DNA of 64,000 nucleotides from Emiliania huxleyi CCMP1516 (lineage: Eukaryota). Within the stretch, counting starts at the first letter, position 1. The number at the start of each line of letters is the position of its first letter. Where the stretch lies: assembly GCF_000372725.1 (NCBI RefSeq), contig NW_005201287.1, positions 326,986 to 390,985 on the forward strand, read 5' to 3'. This document shows, piece after piece, positions 22,358 through 32,999 of this stretch. A program made the translations under genes and the position numbers. The notes below the pieces were generated by a model. The model was given only the letters and a program-made list of their open reading frames with translations. It did not search any database and was not told the DNA's origin.

Positions 22358-25300
22358 ATGCATTGCGGCCAGAGCTGCTCCGACGCGGCCGTGCTAGCGG
22401 TGGAGCGTGGCGAGGAGGAGGCGGTGCTGGCGTGGCTCGACAGCGGCGGGCGGGCCGACGCGACGTACGAGAGAGGCGGCTTGAGCGGCCTCACGTTGCT
22501 GATGGGCGCCGCCAACTACGGCCACGAGCGGGTGGTCGAGCTGCTGCTGCAGCACGGCGCGGAGGTCAACCTGCAGAACAGCGGCGGTGGCACCGCGCTG
22601 ATGGCCGCCGCCAGCCAAGGCCACGAGCGGGTGGTCGACTTGCTGGTACGGCGCGGCGCTGAGGTTAACTTGCAGGCTAGCAATGGCGGCTACACCGCGC
22701 TGATGCTCGCCGCTTTCTTCAACCACCCCGCCGTCGTTCGGCGCTTGCTGCGGGCGGTCGCAGACGCGGCGGCGCGCGATGAAAAGGGCAAGACGGCGCT
22801 TCAGTGGGCCAAGGAGAAGGGCAACGCCGCGTGCGTCAAGGTCTTGTCGGAGGCGGCGGCGGCTGCAGACGGCCGGTCAGGGGCGGGCGGTGCCTCCTCG
22901 GGCGCGGCAGCGGCAGCTGTGGACGCGCCGCTGCTTGGGCAGCGAGTCGAGCTCGGCGGCCTCTCTGCCCGCCCCGAGCTGAACGGGCGGCTGGGCGTGG
23001 CGCGGAGTTTCGAGGGCGGGCGGTACGCTGTGGCGCTCGAGGGCGGCGGCGAGAGCGTGCGGGTGCGGCCGGGTAATCTGTCGGCGGCTGCGGCGGAGCG
23101 GGCTTCGAGCGGTGCCGCGGCAGCCTCCGATGCGGTCATGGCAGCGGTTCGACGGGGCGAGGAGGAGGCGGTGCTGGCGTGGCTCGAGGGCGGCGGGCGG
23201 GTCGACGCGACGTACGAGAGAGGCGGCTTTAGCGGCCTCACGCTGCTGATGGGCGCCGCCTACAACGGCCACGAGCGGGTGGTCGCGCTGCTGATCCGGC
23301 ACGGCGCGGAGCTCAACCTGCTGGACAGCCTCGGCCGCACCGCGCTGATGAACGCCGCTTTCAACGGCCACGAGCGGGTGGTCGACTTGCTGATACGGCG
23401 CGGCGCGGAGATCAACCTGCAGAACAATGTCGGCGGCACCGCGCTGATGTGGGCCGCCCTCTTCAACCACCCCGCCGTCGTGCGGCGATTGCTGCGGGCT
23501 GGCGCAGACACGGCGGCGCGCGATGAAAAGGGCAAGACAGCGTTGCAGCTGGCCAAGGAGAAGGGCAACGCCGAGTGCGTCAAGGTCTTGGCTGAGGCAG
23601 CGGCGGCTACAGACGGCCGGGCGGGGGCGGGCGGCGCCTCCTCGGGCGCGGCAGCGGCAGCTGTGGACGCGCCGCTGCTTGGGCAGCGAGTCGAGCTCGG
23701 CGGGCTCTCGGCCCGCCCCGAGCTGAACGGACAGCGGGGCGTGGCTCAGAGCTTCGAGGGCGGGCGGTACGCGGTTGCGCTCGAGGGCGGCGGCGAGAGC
23801 GTGCGGGTGCGGCCGGGTAATCTCTCGCCAGCGGTGTCGAGGGGTGGCGTGCCAGCCCCAGATGATGTCATCGCAGCGGCTCATCGAGGCAACGAGGAGG
23901 CGGTACTGGCGTGGCTCGACAGCGGCGGGCGGGCCGACGCGACGTACGAGAGAGGCGAAGTGAGCGGCCTCACGCTGCTGATTGGCGCTGCCGTGTACGG
24001 CCACGAGCGGGTGGTCGAGCTGCTGCTGCAGCACGGCGCGGAGATCAACCTGCAAGACAGCAACGGCGGCACCGCGCTGATGAACGCCGCCGCCACAGGC
24101 CACGAGCGGGTGGTCGAGCTGCTGATTCGGCACGGCGCAGATATCAACCGGCAGGACAGCAAACAAAGCGGCACCGCGCTGATGAACGCCGCCGTCCAAG
24201 GCCACGAGCGGGTGGTTGAGCTGCTGCTGCAGCACGGCGCGGAGCTCAACCTGCAAGCCAGAGACGGCAGCACTGCGCTGATGATCGCCGCCCTCTTCAA
24301 CCACCCCGCCGTCGTGCGGCGCTTGCTGCGGGCTGGTGCAGACACGGCGGCACGCAACGCGAGCGGCAAGACGGCGTTGCAGTGGGCCAAGGAGAAGGGC
24401 CACGCCGAGTGCGTCGAGGCCTTCAAGAAGCACGTCCAGGAGGTGGTGGCGGGAAGGCCCGCGGCGACGGCAGCCGGCGGCGAAGGCGCAGGCGGCGCTT
24501 CCTCCTGCGGCGCTTCCTCGGCTGGATCGAGAGTCGCGGAGACGACGCTATCTCCAGCGGTGGCGGCGGGGCGGGCGTCGAGCGGTGTCGTGGCAGTCTC
24601 CGACGAGGTCGTGGCAGCGGCTGAGCGTGGCGAGGAGGAGGCGGTGCTGACATGGCTCGACAGTGGCGGGCGGGTCGACGCGACGTACGAGAGAGGCGGC
24701 TTGAGCGGCCTCACACTGCTGATGGGCGCCGCCATCAACGGCCACGAGCGGGTGGTCGAGTTGCTGCTGCGGCGTGGGGCGGAGCTCAACCTGCAGAACA
24801 GCATCGGCGTCACCGCGCTGGTGATCGCCGCAACTGGAGGCCACGCGCAGGTGGTCGACTTGCTGATACGGCGCGGCGCTGAGATCAACCTGCAGAGGGA
24901 CAACAGAGGCGGCACCGCGCTGATGCGGGCCGCCAGCCAAGGCCACGAGCGGGTGGTCGAGTTGCTGGTACGGCGCGGCGCTGAGGTCAACTTGCAGGAC
25001 ATCAAAGGCTACACCGCGCTGATGCTCGCCGCCCTCTTCAACCACCCCGCCGTCGTGCGGCGCCTGCTGCGGGCGGGCGCAGATGCTGCGGCGCGCACTG
25101 TTGACAGCAAGACGGCGCTTCGGGTGGCGAAGGAGAAGGGCCACGCCGAGTGCGTGCGCGCCCTCGAGGAGCACTCGTCGACCGCAGCAGAGGCGGAGGG
25201 GGAGGCGGCGGTCGCAGAATCAGCCGAGCAGGCGGCGGCCGCACGCGAGGCGGCAGCGGCTGCGGAGGCGGCGGAGGCGCGCGATGCTGCCGAGGCGGCG

Positions 25301-27223
25301 CTGCGCGAGGCGGTTGAGGCGTGCGAGCGAGGCGACGCCGATCTCGAGGCGCTCAGGGCGGCGATCAACGCGAACACCCAGGCCGCCGACGGCTCGGAGG
25401 CGCTGGGGGCGGCGCGGCGGCTGCGCGACGAGCTGGCGGAGAGAAAGACCCGCGAGGCCAGGGCGCTGAAGCGGCAGCGGCAGAAGGAGGAGAAGGCGGC
25501 GGCGAGGCAGGCGGCGGCGGCTGAGCGGGCAGCGGAGGAGGAGGAGGCGCGGGCGGCTGAGGAAGCGGATCGGGTGGTAGCAGAGGCTGCGGCGGCGCGG
25601 GCGGCGGAGGAGGCGGAGGAGGCGTCGCGGGCAAGGGAGGAGGCAGAGGCGCGGGCAAGGGAGGAGGCAGAGGCGAGGGCGAGGGAGGAGGCGGCAAGGG
25701 AGAGGGAAGAGGCGAGGATGAGGGCGGAGGCGGAGGCGGCGGAGGTGGCGGCGGCGGAGGCAGCGGCGGAGGTGGCGGCCGTAGAGGCGGCAGCGGCGGC
25801 CGTGGCGGCGGCGGAGGCTCAAGAGGCGGCGGCAGCGGAGGCGGTGGCAGCGGCGGCGGAAGCGGCAGCAGCGTCGGCTGCGGCGAGTGTCGCCGCCGTC
25901 GCCGCCGCCGCCGCGCCGCCCGCCGCCGTCCCTCTCGACGAGCTCATCGCGGCGACCGACGGTTTTGCCGAGGCGCACAAGGTGGGCGAGGGGGGCTTTG
26001 GGCGCGTGTACCGCGCCGACGCGCTGCCGTCGCTTCCGCGCGTCGCTTGCGGGTTCGCTGTCAAGACGGCGCTGGTCGGTGTCGGCGCCCAAGGCCTCGC
26101 CGAGCTGCAGAGCGAGGTGCGCACGCTCAGCGCGGCGTGCCACCGGTCGCTCCTCCCTCTGCTCGGCGTCTGCTTGGCACGGGCGAGAGCGTGCCTCGTC
26201 TACCCCCTCTGCCGCGGCGGCAGCCTCGAGGACCGCCTCTACCGCACTGCAGCCGCACTGCAGCGGCTCCGCATGCTCGGCTTCGAGACGCCGCCTCCGC
26301 CGCTCTCCTCCGCCGCACGGGTCCGCGTGCTGCGCGACGCGGCGAGTGCATTGCACTACTTGCACACGCTCTCTCCCATGATCCTGCACCGCGACGTCTC
26401 GGCGGGCAACATCCTGCTCGACGAGCGCGGCAACGGCTACCTCGCCGACGTGGGCCTCGCGCGCGCGGCAGAGGCGACGGCCGGCGGCAATGGACAGGTC
26501 TCGCACCTGTCGACGCAACGCATCTTTGGGAAGCCCGGCTACATGGACTCGATCATCATGCACGACGGTCAGGCTTCTCAGCTCACCGATGGCTTTGCGC
26601 TCGGCATCACGCTTCTCGTCGCCCTGACCGGCCGCGGCGCTCTCGGCTTGCTCAACGCGTGCGAGGATGCGCTGGAGGAGCCCGACACGGCGGAGAGCAT
26701 CGCGGCGGCTGACGCGGGCTGGTCGGCGGCGCAGGCCGAGGAGCTGACGCGGCTGGTGGTCGGGCTGGCGTACGAGCGGAAGAAGAAGCGGATGCCGCTC
26801 GCAGAGGCGCTGCCGCGGCTGGAGGCGCTGGTCGAGGCGGCGCGGGAGGTGGAGGAGACGGCTGGGGCCGAGGAGCGCCAGTGTGACCTATGCTGGGACG
26901 CGCCGCGCTCGGTCCGCTTCGCGTGCGGCCACGCGCTATACTGCGAGACGTGTGCGCCGCGCGTGCTGGAGCGCGACACCAACTGCCCGGCCTGCCGCCA
27001 GCCGGCGCTGCCCATCGCCGCAACTGGGCGGCTGGTGGCGGCGCAGTCGACGTTTGTCTACCAGCCGCCCTCGCGCCCCGCGCCCCAGGCTCAGCCCGTG
27101 GGCGCCACGGCGGCGGTCGGTAGGCGAGGGGGGCGAGGCGGGCGAGGCGGACGTGGACGTGGCGGGCGGGGCGGGCGGGGCGGGCGGGGCGGGCGGGGCG
27201 CGGGGCGCGGCGGCTCTGCTTAG
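22358..27223 (+). CDS. Ankyrin-repeat + Pelle/IRAK(RLK)-like kinase + RING finger + RGG-tail protein, 1621 aa, intronless
   Basis: Four ankyrin blocks (GLTLLMGAA..GHERVVELLL..GAEVN, GxTALM). Two GQRVELGGLSARPELNG..VRVRPGNL modules. E/A/R coiled coil. Kinase motifs VGEGGFGRVY, FAVK, CLVYP, HRDVSAGNILL, LADVGLAR, GKPGYMD. RING CDLC..ACGH..CETC..CPAC. RGG repeats at the end. Confidence 0.92.
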   Translation: MHCGQSCSDAAVLAVERGEEEAVLAWLDSGGRADATYERGGLSGLTLLMGAANYGHERVVELLLQHGAEVNLQNSGGGTALMAAASQGHERVVDLLVRRGAEVNLQASNGGYTALMLAAFFNHPAVVRRLLRAVADAAARDEKGKTALQWAKEKGNAACVKVLSEAAAAADGRSGAGGASSGAAAAAVDAPLLGQRVELGGLSARPELNGRLGVARSFEGGRYAVALEGGGESVRVRPGNLSAAAAERASSGAAAASDAVMAAVRRGEEEAVLAWLEGGGRVDATYERGGFSGLTLLMGAAYNGHERVVALLIRHGAELNLLDSLGRTALMNAAFNGHERVVDLLIRRGAEINLQNNVGGTALMWAALFNHPAVVRRLLRAGADTAARDEKGKTALQLAKEKGNAECVKVLAEAAAATDGRAGAGGASSGAAAAAVDAPLLGQRVELGGLSARPELNGQRGVAQSFEGGRYAVALEGGGESVRVRPGNLSPAVSRGGVPAPDDVIAAAHRGNEEAVLAWLDSGGRADATYERGEVSGLTLLIGAAVYGHERVVELLLQHGAEINLQDSNGGTALMNAAATGHERVVELLIRHGADINRQDSKQSGTALMNAAVQGHERVVELLLQHGAELNLQARDGSTALMIAALFNHPAVVRRLLRAGADTAARNASGKTALQWAKEKGHAECVEAFKKHVQEVVAGRPAATAAGGEGAGGASSCGASSAGSRVAETTLSPAVAAGRASSGVVAVSDEVVAAAERGEEEAVLTWLDSGGRVDATYERGGLSGLTLLMGAAINGHERVVELLLRRGAELNLQNSIGVTALVIAATGGHAQVVDLLIRRGAEINLQRDNRGGTALMRAASQGHERVVELLVRRGAEVNLQDIKGYTALMLAALFNHPAVVRRLLRAGADAAARTVDSKTALRVAKEKGHAECVRALEEHSSTAAEAEGEAAVAESAEQAAAAREAAAAAEAAEARDAAEAALREAVEACERGDADLEALRAAINANTQAADGSEALGAARRLRDELAERKTREARALKRQRQKEEKAAARQAAAAERAAEEEEARAAEEADRVVAEAAAARAAEEAEEASRAREEAEARAREEAEARAREEAAREREEARMRAEAEAAEVAAAEAAAEVAAVEAAAAAVAAAEAQEAAAAEAVAAAAEAAAASAAASVAAVAAAAAPPAAVPLDELIAATDGFAEAHKVGEGGFGRVYRADALPSLPRVACGFAVKTALVGVGAQGLAELQSEVRTLSAACHRSLLPLLGVCLARARACLVYPLCRGGSLEDRLYRTAAALQRLRMLGFETPPPPLSSAARVRVLRDAASALHYLHTLSPMILHRDVSAGNILLDERGNGYLADVGLARAAEATAGGNGQVSHLSTQRIFGKPGYMDSIIMHDGQASQLTDGFALGITLLVALTGRGALGLLNACEDALEEPDTAESIAAADAGWSAAQAEELTRLVVGLAYERKKKRMPLAEALPRLEALVEAAREVEETAGAEERQCDLCWDAPRSVRFACGHALYCETCAPRVLERDTNCPACRQPALPIAATGRLVAAQSTFVYQPPSRPAPQAQPVGATAAVGRRGGRGGRGGRGRGGRGGRGGRGGRGAGRGGSA

Positions 27224-27560
27224 TGAGGGTCCGCCCGCATGTACAGTGTGTGCGAGTACAGGCCCTTCGAAGAGAGAGAGCACTCGCAATTGTAAATAAA
27301 AGCACCGAAAATTGTTTTTGCCTGTTGACTGTTGTGAGAGAGGTTTTAGGAGCCACAACAAGAGATCTAGCGGCGGGTAGCGGGGATGGAGGAGACGCAC
27401 GCCGCCACGTATTGACGGAATTCGGGGTTCCGGAATTCTTTTTTGCAGAACACTGGGCACGGCATCGGCGTTTTTTGAGTCTGCTGCCGGCGTGTCGACG
27501 AGCCACGCGCTCGTGTTGAACTGCTTCTCAAGCTCGCTCGCAACTCCACTGCTGCCTGTC

Positions 27561-27678
27561 ATGTCGATCGAAATCATCGACGACGCGGGGCTCTCGTCCT
27601 CGACACGGTCACGGACCTGCCGGACGTGCGGGCAGCTCGGCCACTATGCGAGGAACTGCCCGTCCAAGCCGCCTGAGA
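27561..27678 (+). pseudogene. CCHC zinc-knuckle ORF fragment, cut by the TIR element at 27679
   Basis: MSIEII..TCRTCGQLGHYARNCPSKPPE (CX2CX4HX4C) runs straight into the element end tagggtgcccacagg. Confidence 0.6.
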
Positions 27679-29170
27679 TAGGGTGCCCACAGGACCCAAA
27701 TAGCTCTTGCTCAAAAAGGGACGCACGAGGCGAAATCTGATGTTGGATTGTTCCAATAGGAGAGAGGCCTCTTCCGTGGGGGGACCGAGTGACTAGGAAA
27801 CGAGGGTTTCCCATTGTGACCCGCTCCAGCGCGAGCGTGACACTGCACTTGGCGCCGAGCGGCCGGGGCTCAGACCTTGTGCAGGCCTCCCCTCGGTGCA
27901 AGCACCGGTCCGGACCGATGGCGCTCGGTGTGTGGAGCAAGCAAGACCCCCCCCCCCCCCCCCATCGGCGCGCGCCCGAGGTTTGAACGGCCGCCAGGAG
28001 CACCAAGAGGACTCCTCATGGCTGCACTCAAGTGGGCTTCGACCGGCCTCGGCTGGGGGGGCGGGTTGTCCCGGTTGCGGCTTCTGCAGCCCCCTGGGCG
28101 TGGGTCAGCACCCAAAAACTGCCCCCCGGCGGCATACAGCACTGCCAGCCAGCCTCTTCCTCCTCCTCAAGGGCTGTACTATGGCCATATTGCGCCGACT
28201 CCTACTGGCAGCCGGGCGGGCGCGCGCCGCGGGCGCCTCGGCGCGCGCACGGCTCGCAAAGTTCGAACGAGTACTGCCGCCCGGCCGCCTCAAGGCTGCC
28301 GGGCGGCAGTACTCGCCTCGCAAGGCGCGCACCGGCTGCTCTGGCTGCTGCGCCGGCGGCCGCTGCGCTGGCCGCTGCTGCGCCGGCTGGCGAGCGGTAC
28401 GGCCGCCGGCGGCCGCTGCACCCGCGCCTTCCCTCGCGGGCGCCGTCGCGCCGCGCGCGCCCAACTCTGCTGGTACACGGCACGCGTCGTCACTCAGCCG
28501 CGGAGAACAGGCGGTGCTGTGCGCGAAGCGCGCGCGATCTCGTACTTTTAAGGCTGGATCCGGCCATTCCAAGGGTATACCTTTGAGTGAGAATCCCCAG
28601 CGTCCCACCTTGGCCTGTACGAGGGTTTCCTCTCGCACCCTACCTGGTTTCCTTTCCGTGTTTCCTGCTTGTTTCCCTACAACACCCTCTAGTTTCCTCG
28701 GGAAACTCCGGGGAAACTCCGTGGAATTTGTCATTTTGGGGGGGCTCTGAGCCGTGTCTGAGGCTGTTTTGGGGCCAAAATCGGCAAAATACCGGGTATT
28801 TTGCGGGTATACCTGGAAAACCCCGGTATACCTGGAAAATACCTGGGTATCGTGCCGATTTCCTCAATTTTGCCCCAGATTTTGCCCCAGACCAGCTCTC
28901 AGACTCAGGGAAACTCGCGAGTTTCCCGAGGGAAACTCGAGAGAAACAGAATGGAGCACCAAACACCCTCTGGTTTCCCTGGAAACCTCCGGAAACGCAA
29001 AGTGCTGGGGACCCTCTGGTTTCCCTCTGGGTTGCCGGAAACCCTCGGACAGGCCAAGTCCCACCCTCCTAGTCACAATATCTCGAATCTCCAACACGAA
29101 GTGCTGCGAAAAAGAAAGAAAGAAGAAAGCCCGGCAAGGGAGTGCTGCGATGGCGCGCCCTTTCTTTTTT
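27679..29170 (-). mobile_element. Second (inverted) copy of the 3461-4581 TIR element, carrying a nested MITE; distal TIR degenerate
   Basis: 27679-28609 is the reverse complement of ~3648-4581. Homology resumes at 29058-29109 (matching 3516-3655). Confidence 0.85.
28610..29057. mobile_element. 448-bp MITE with 21-bp TIR and 8-bp TSD (hAT/P-like)
   Basis: TIRs ttggcctgtacgagggtttcc / ggaaaccctcggacaggccaa (1 mismatch). gtcccacc at 28602-28609 and 29058-29065. Internal ggaaac/gtttcc subterminal repeats. Absent from the sister copy at ~3650. Confidence 0.93.
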
Positions 29171-29229
29171 TGACACTACTTACGCAGAGCTGAAAAGAAT
29201 CTTACAACAAAACTCCCTGGCACAACACT

Positions 29230-29637
29230 AGGGCTAGCCGCAGGCAGCTAGCCTCTGAGGAGGGCGTCCATAGACACCTCACTAGACCCCACACACGGTC
29301 TCGTCCGTGCCTCGCCGGCCGGAGAGATTGCTGGAGGTAGAGCAAGCCTGCTCTAGCCTCGCATGTCACTTCCTGTCGTCTGGTGTGTCGTTGTGCCCTT
29401 GTTTGTTCTCTTGGCACCTTGGAGTGCTGGGGGGGGCGACAGGGAGGATGTATGTGGCCTTGAGTTATGTGTAAGCCGACTCAGGGTGTGTGGCAGCCCG
29501 CTGGCTGTGTGTCTTGTGAGCTTGTTTGTGTCTGTGTGTCGTTCGTGCGTGTCGTCATCATCTGTCCAGCGTCCACCCATACCGCGTTGGTGTCCAGTCC
29601 GAGCCTGGCTGTTCTTCACCTTTCTACCTACCTACCT
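29230..29637 (+). mobile_element. ~410-bp SINE/LINE-3'-like element with (TACC)n tail and 8-bp TSD
   Basis: acaacact at 29222-29229 and 29638-29645. An empty-site paralogue is at 45342-45406 and a sister copy at 9937-10348. Confidence 0.85.
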
Positions 29638-29937
29638 ACAACACTGGGCACGGGACTGGCGCGCACTGGCACTAACACAGGTACACCACGGGAGCCGCCT
29701 AAGCGACTCCTGCGAGGGTGGCGAGGCACTTAGCTCCGTGCATCCGCCCACCCCCGCCACAGGCAAGCTCATTCACGACCTGCTCTGCGATGGCCGTGTG
29801 AAAAGAGCTGAAAAAGAGCTGAAGCACACACGTCGCCGCCGAGTCGCTCGCGGCCCTCACGCACAACGCCCTCCGGCGAGGTCGGCCACTTGCAGCGGAA
29901 ACTCGAGGTCAAACCTGGCGCGAAGGCGTCTGCGACA

Positions 29938-31851
29938 ATGGAAAAAACGCCGCGCAGTGACCACCAGCCTCCGGCTCTCGTGCTCTACCTCCTCACCGAC
30001 CAGCAGGCCCTCTGGACCGTGTCGGGCATCTACCGCCTCGCACGGCGCGGCGGTGAGGCCTCGCTCTCGGCCACGGCGGACTTTGGGTGGCGCGAGCCGC
30101 CGGTCGCGACGCCGCACCACGACCGGCTGCTGCGCGAGGGCGCCTTCTTCGCCAACTTCCACGTCTCGGGCCTCTGGTGCGTGCCGTCACGCGGCGCGCT
30201 CATGACGTCACGGTCAGTCTCGCGGCTTTCGCGGGGTGAGGGAGGGCCTGGCAGCGGCGCAGAGGGCAGCTCGAGCGTGATCGGCGGGTGCCTGCACGCG
30301 CGCACGCCGACGATGGGCGCTGCCTTCCGCGCGGCCGGCTACGCCACCGCATACGTCGGCAAGTGGCACCTGGCCGCGGGTTGCAACAGCCGGGCGGCCG
30401 AGGAGGCGGCAGCGCCAGAGGCGATGCCTCGCGGGACAAACGGCTTTGATCACACCCGGCACATGCTCGCGCTCGGTCACTACAAGACGTTGGTCGACGT
30501 GGACGAGCAGGGAGGCCGCCTCCCGTCGCTGCGGCGCTGGCAGGGAGGCTCGTGCAGCCGCAAGCCCGTGCGGTGGCTCAAGCGCTCGCGCGCCCCCTCC
30601 CCCCTCTCCGACACGAGCATCCACCTGGCCGCCTCAATGGACGTGCCCTGCGGCGAGGGCGCCAGAGCGCACTACTACACGCGTGCGGCGGCGCGGTGGG
30701 CGGGCAGGCTGATCGAGGAGTCGCTCCTCGACGCGAGGAGGAGTAGCGCGGGCGGCGCGGGCAAGAGGAGGCTCTTCCTCGTCCTCTCCCTCGCCGACCC
30801 CCACCAGCCATACGCCACCCTCCCCGATGCGGCGGCGCCCTTCGCTGCGGCGGCGGCGCGGCGGCCGCAGTCGTCGCTGCGGCCAGCGGGGGAGGCGCTC
30901 GCCGCCGTGCAAGTCGGTGCGCGGAAGCAGCTGCACCCGCCGCACGATCGCGCCTTCTGGGAGGGCGGCCGCTACCGCGACGTCGTGGCAAACTACCTCG
31001 GGATGGTGGCGCTGATCGACGAGGCGCTCGGCGAGCTGTCCGCCCTCGCCCTGCGGGTTGGTAACTCGACGCTGACGGTGGTCAACTCGGACCACGGCGA
31101 GATGCTCGGCGCGCACGCGCAGATGGGCAAAGGCACCATGTACGACGGCGCCCTCCGGGCGCCCCTCCTCGTGCACTGGCCTGGCCGCGTCGCCGCGCGC
31201 CGCATGGTGGGGGAGATGGCGTGCTCGCTCGACGTCTGGCCGACCCTGGCCGGGCTGATCGGCTTGCCCGCGCTCCGTCCCGCAGCGACCGACGGCGTCG
31301 ACATGCACGCGCTGCTGCTGCCGGCGCGACGCCGCCGCGGCGTGTGGGCGCGCCCCGACGTGAGGATCATCGACGCCGTCTCTGCCAACGCGCAGTTTGG
31401 CACGCTCGGGGTGGCGACGCGCCGGTGGTGGCTCTCCCTCGAGGCACCGGCGTCGGTCCGCCAAAAGTACCGCCTCTGCAAGCCTGGTGATGCTCGGTGC
31501 ACCAAGACTGCTCTTGGCGCGCATATCACGACCAACGGCTCGCGCGCCGACGCCTCCCACCGCCTGCGGCTCGAGGAGATGGGGGCGGCCGGCCTCTGTC
31601 GGCTGTGGGATCGCGCCGCAGACCCGACGCAGCAGACCGACCTCTGCGCGCGCCCCGAGGCGGCGGGTGTGGTGCGGGGCCTGCTGCGGGTGCTGAGGGA
31701 GCACCTGGAGGAGAGGCTGCCCGGCCACCCCGCCCTGACGGCGCACTGGTTCAAGCGGCGCCTCAACTCGAGCCTTTTGCACGCCGCTCAACTTGACCCC
31801 TCCCGCCTCCCGCATGACCCCTCCCGCCTCCCGATTGCAACCCCCGCTTGA
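29938..31851 (+). CDS. Formylglycine-dependent (type I) sulfatase, intronless; start uncertain
   Basis: LYLLTDQQ, TPHHDRLLREG..F, CVPSRGALMT (CxPxR), GYATAYVGKWHL, PHQPY, NSDHGE, PLLVHWPG, LDVWPTL. Confidence 0.92.
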   Translation: MEKTPRSDHQPPALVLYLLTDQQALWTVSGIYRLARRGGEASLSATADFGWREPPVATPHHDRLLREGAFFANFHVSGLWCVPSRGALMTSRSVSRLSRGEGGPGSGAEGSSSVIGGCLHARTPTMGAAFRAAGYATAYVGKWHLAAGCNSRAAEEAAAPEAMPRGTNGFDHTRHMLALGHYKTLVDVDEQGGRLPSLRRWQGGSCSRKPVRWLKRSRAPSPLSDTSIHLAASMDVPCGEGARAHYYTRAAARWAGRLIEESLLDARRSSAGGAGKRRLFLVLSLADPHQPYATLPDAAAPFAAAAARRPQSSLRPAGEALAAVQVGARKQLHPPHDRAFWEGGRYRDVVANYLGMVALIDEALGELSALALRVGNSTLTVVNSDHGEMLGAHAQMGKGTMYDGALRAPLLVHWPGRVAARRMVGEMACSLDVWPTLAGLIGLPALRPAATDGVDMHALLLPARRRRGVWARPDVRIIDAVSANAQFGTLGVATRRWWLSLEAPASVRQKYRLCKPGDARCTKTALGAHITTNGSRADASHRLRLEEMGAAGLCRLWDRAADPTQQTDLCARPEAAGVVRGLLRVLREHLEERLPGHPALTAHWFKRRLNSSLLHAAQLDPSRLPHDPSRLPIATPA

Positions 31852-31991
31852 ACCTGGCCGGGCAAGTACAGGAAAGCGTTTGCACAATACGCGACGACGG
31901 TAAGGTCGTACAGGCTTCCACGCCGGGCGTGCGCGCATTCTTCTCCTTCATGGACAAGAGCAGGGAGAGAAGACGGCGCTCCAAGTGATGT

Positions 31992-32999
31992 AGTACGACA
32001 GCCCCGACTGTCTCGCCGGGATCCCGACCGACGCCGCCGTCGAGGCCTGCTACGCTGGCACGGACGGAGCGTTCGGTGCGGTGTGGGGTCTGCGCGACGA
32101 GGTGGTCCGGGCGTGCCTGGCCGGCCTCGTGTGTGGGTGCTTCTTTTCGAAGAGTCGCTCAACACTAATAGGTGGTCCGGGCGGCGCTCGATGCGACTGT
32201 CGTGGAGAGCGAGTACGGCTCGATGCCTCGCGGCTTCATCAAGAGCGCGCCGCACCCAGGATTCGACCCGAAGCTGTACCCCGGCGATGATGTGGATGTC
32301 GAAGCGGTTCGTGCAGCCGGGCCGCAACCCGAGCATCGCCGCCGCCTTTGGAAAGGCCCAGAGCCGCTTGTGGGGCGAGAGGCGCGGGATCATGGGGCAC
32401 GCCCTTTATGCGAGGTCTCTACCACAATAGGTGGGCGACCTGCAGTACCACACCGCGCCCGCCTTCCTCTCCGCCTTTGAGTACACCGCCCCCGACGACG
32501 AGGACTTGCTCTGGTCCCTCCGCTTCTTCAATGCGAGACTGATGAGATGCGGAAGACAGTACTAACATCTCAACTGAGAGCTGAGTTCGGCCGCTCTTGC
32601 CTATGGTGGGCCGCCCAGCGGTTCCCATGTCCGTGTAACGTGATCCCCCCCCCCCCCCCCCCTGCCCCCCCCCCTCCCCTGCAGGACTACGAGATGGGCC
32701 ACGTCGCGCGCGCGGCATGCTCGGCGGGGGCGTGCAGAACGCGCAAAAGGCATCCTCAAAGGCGCAGAGCCAGGTGGAAGGCGCTGTCAAGAAAGTTGAC
32801 TCGGCGCGGCCGTCAGCGAGAGCGCGCCCGAGGTGGTCCGAGGCTGTCCGAGACCGCTCGAGGTCGTGCGAGATTAGGCGACCGTCGACCAGAGCGAGCT
32901 GCCGTCCGCCGACGTCGAGGCGCCCGAGCCGGACCCAGTCACGCTCGACGCGGCGCCGGAGGAGGCCGCGGAGTGAGGTGGAGGCGAGCGAGGCCCTAG
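31992..32999 (+). CDS. Hypothetical spliced protein or gene remnant
   Basis: Exon-like frames (VRAALDATVVESEYG...LWK|VGDLQYHTAPAF...FFN|DYEMGHV) separated by short AG-ending intron-like gaps. No recognisable domain or clear start. Confidence 0.3.
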
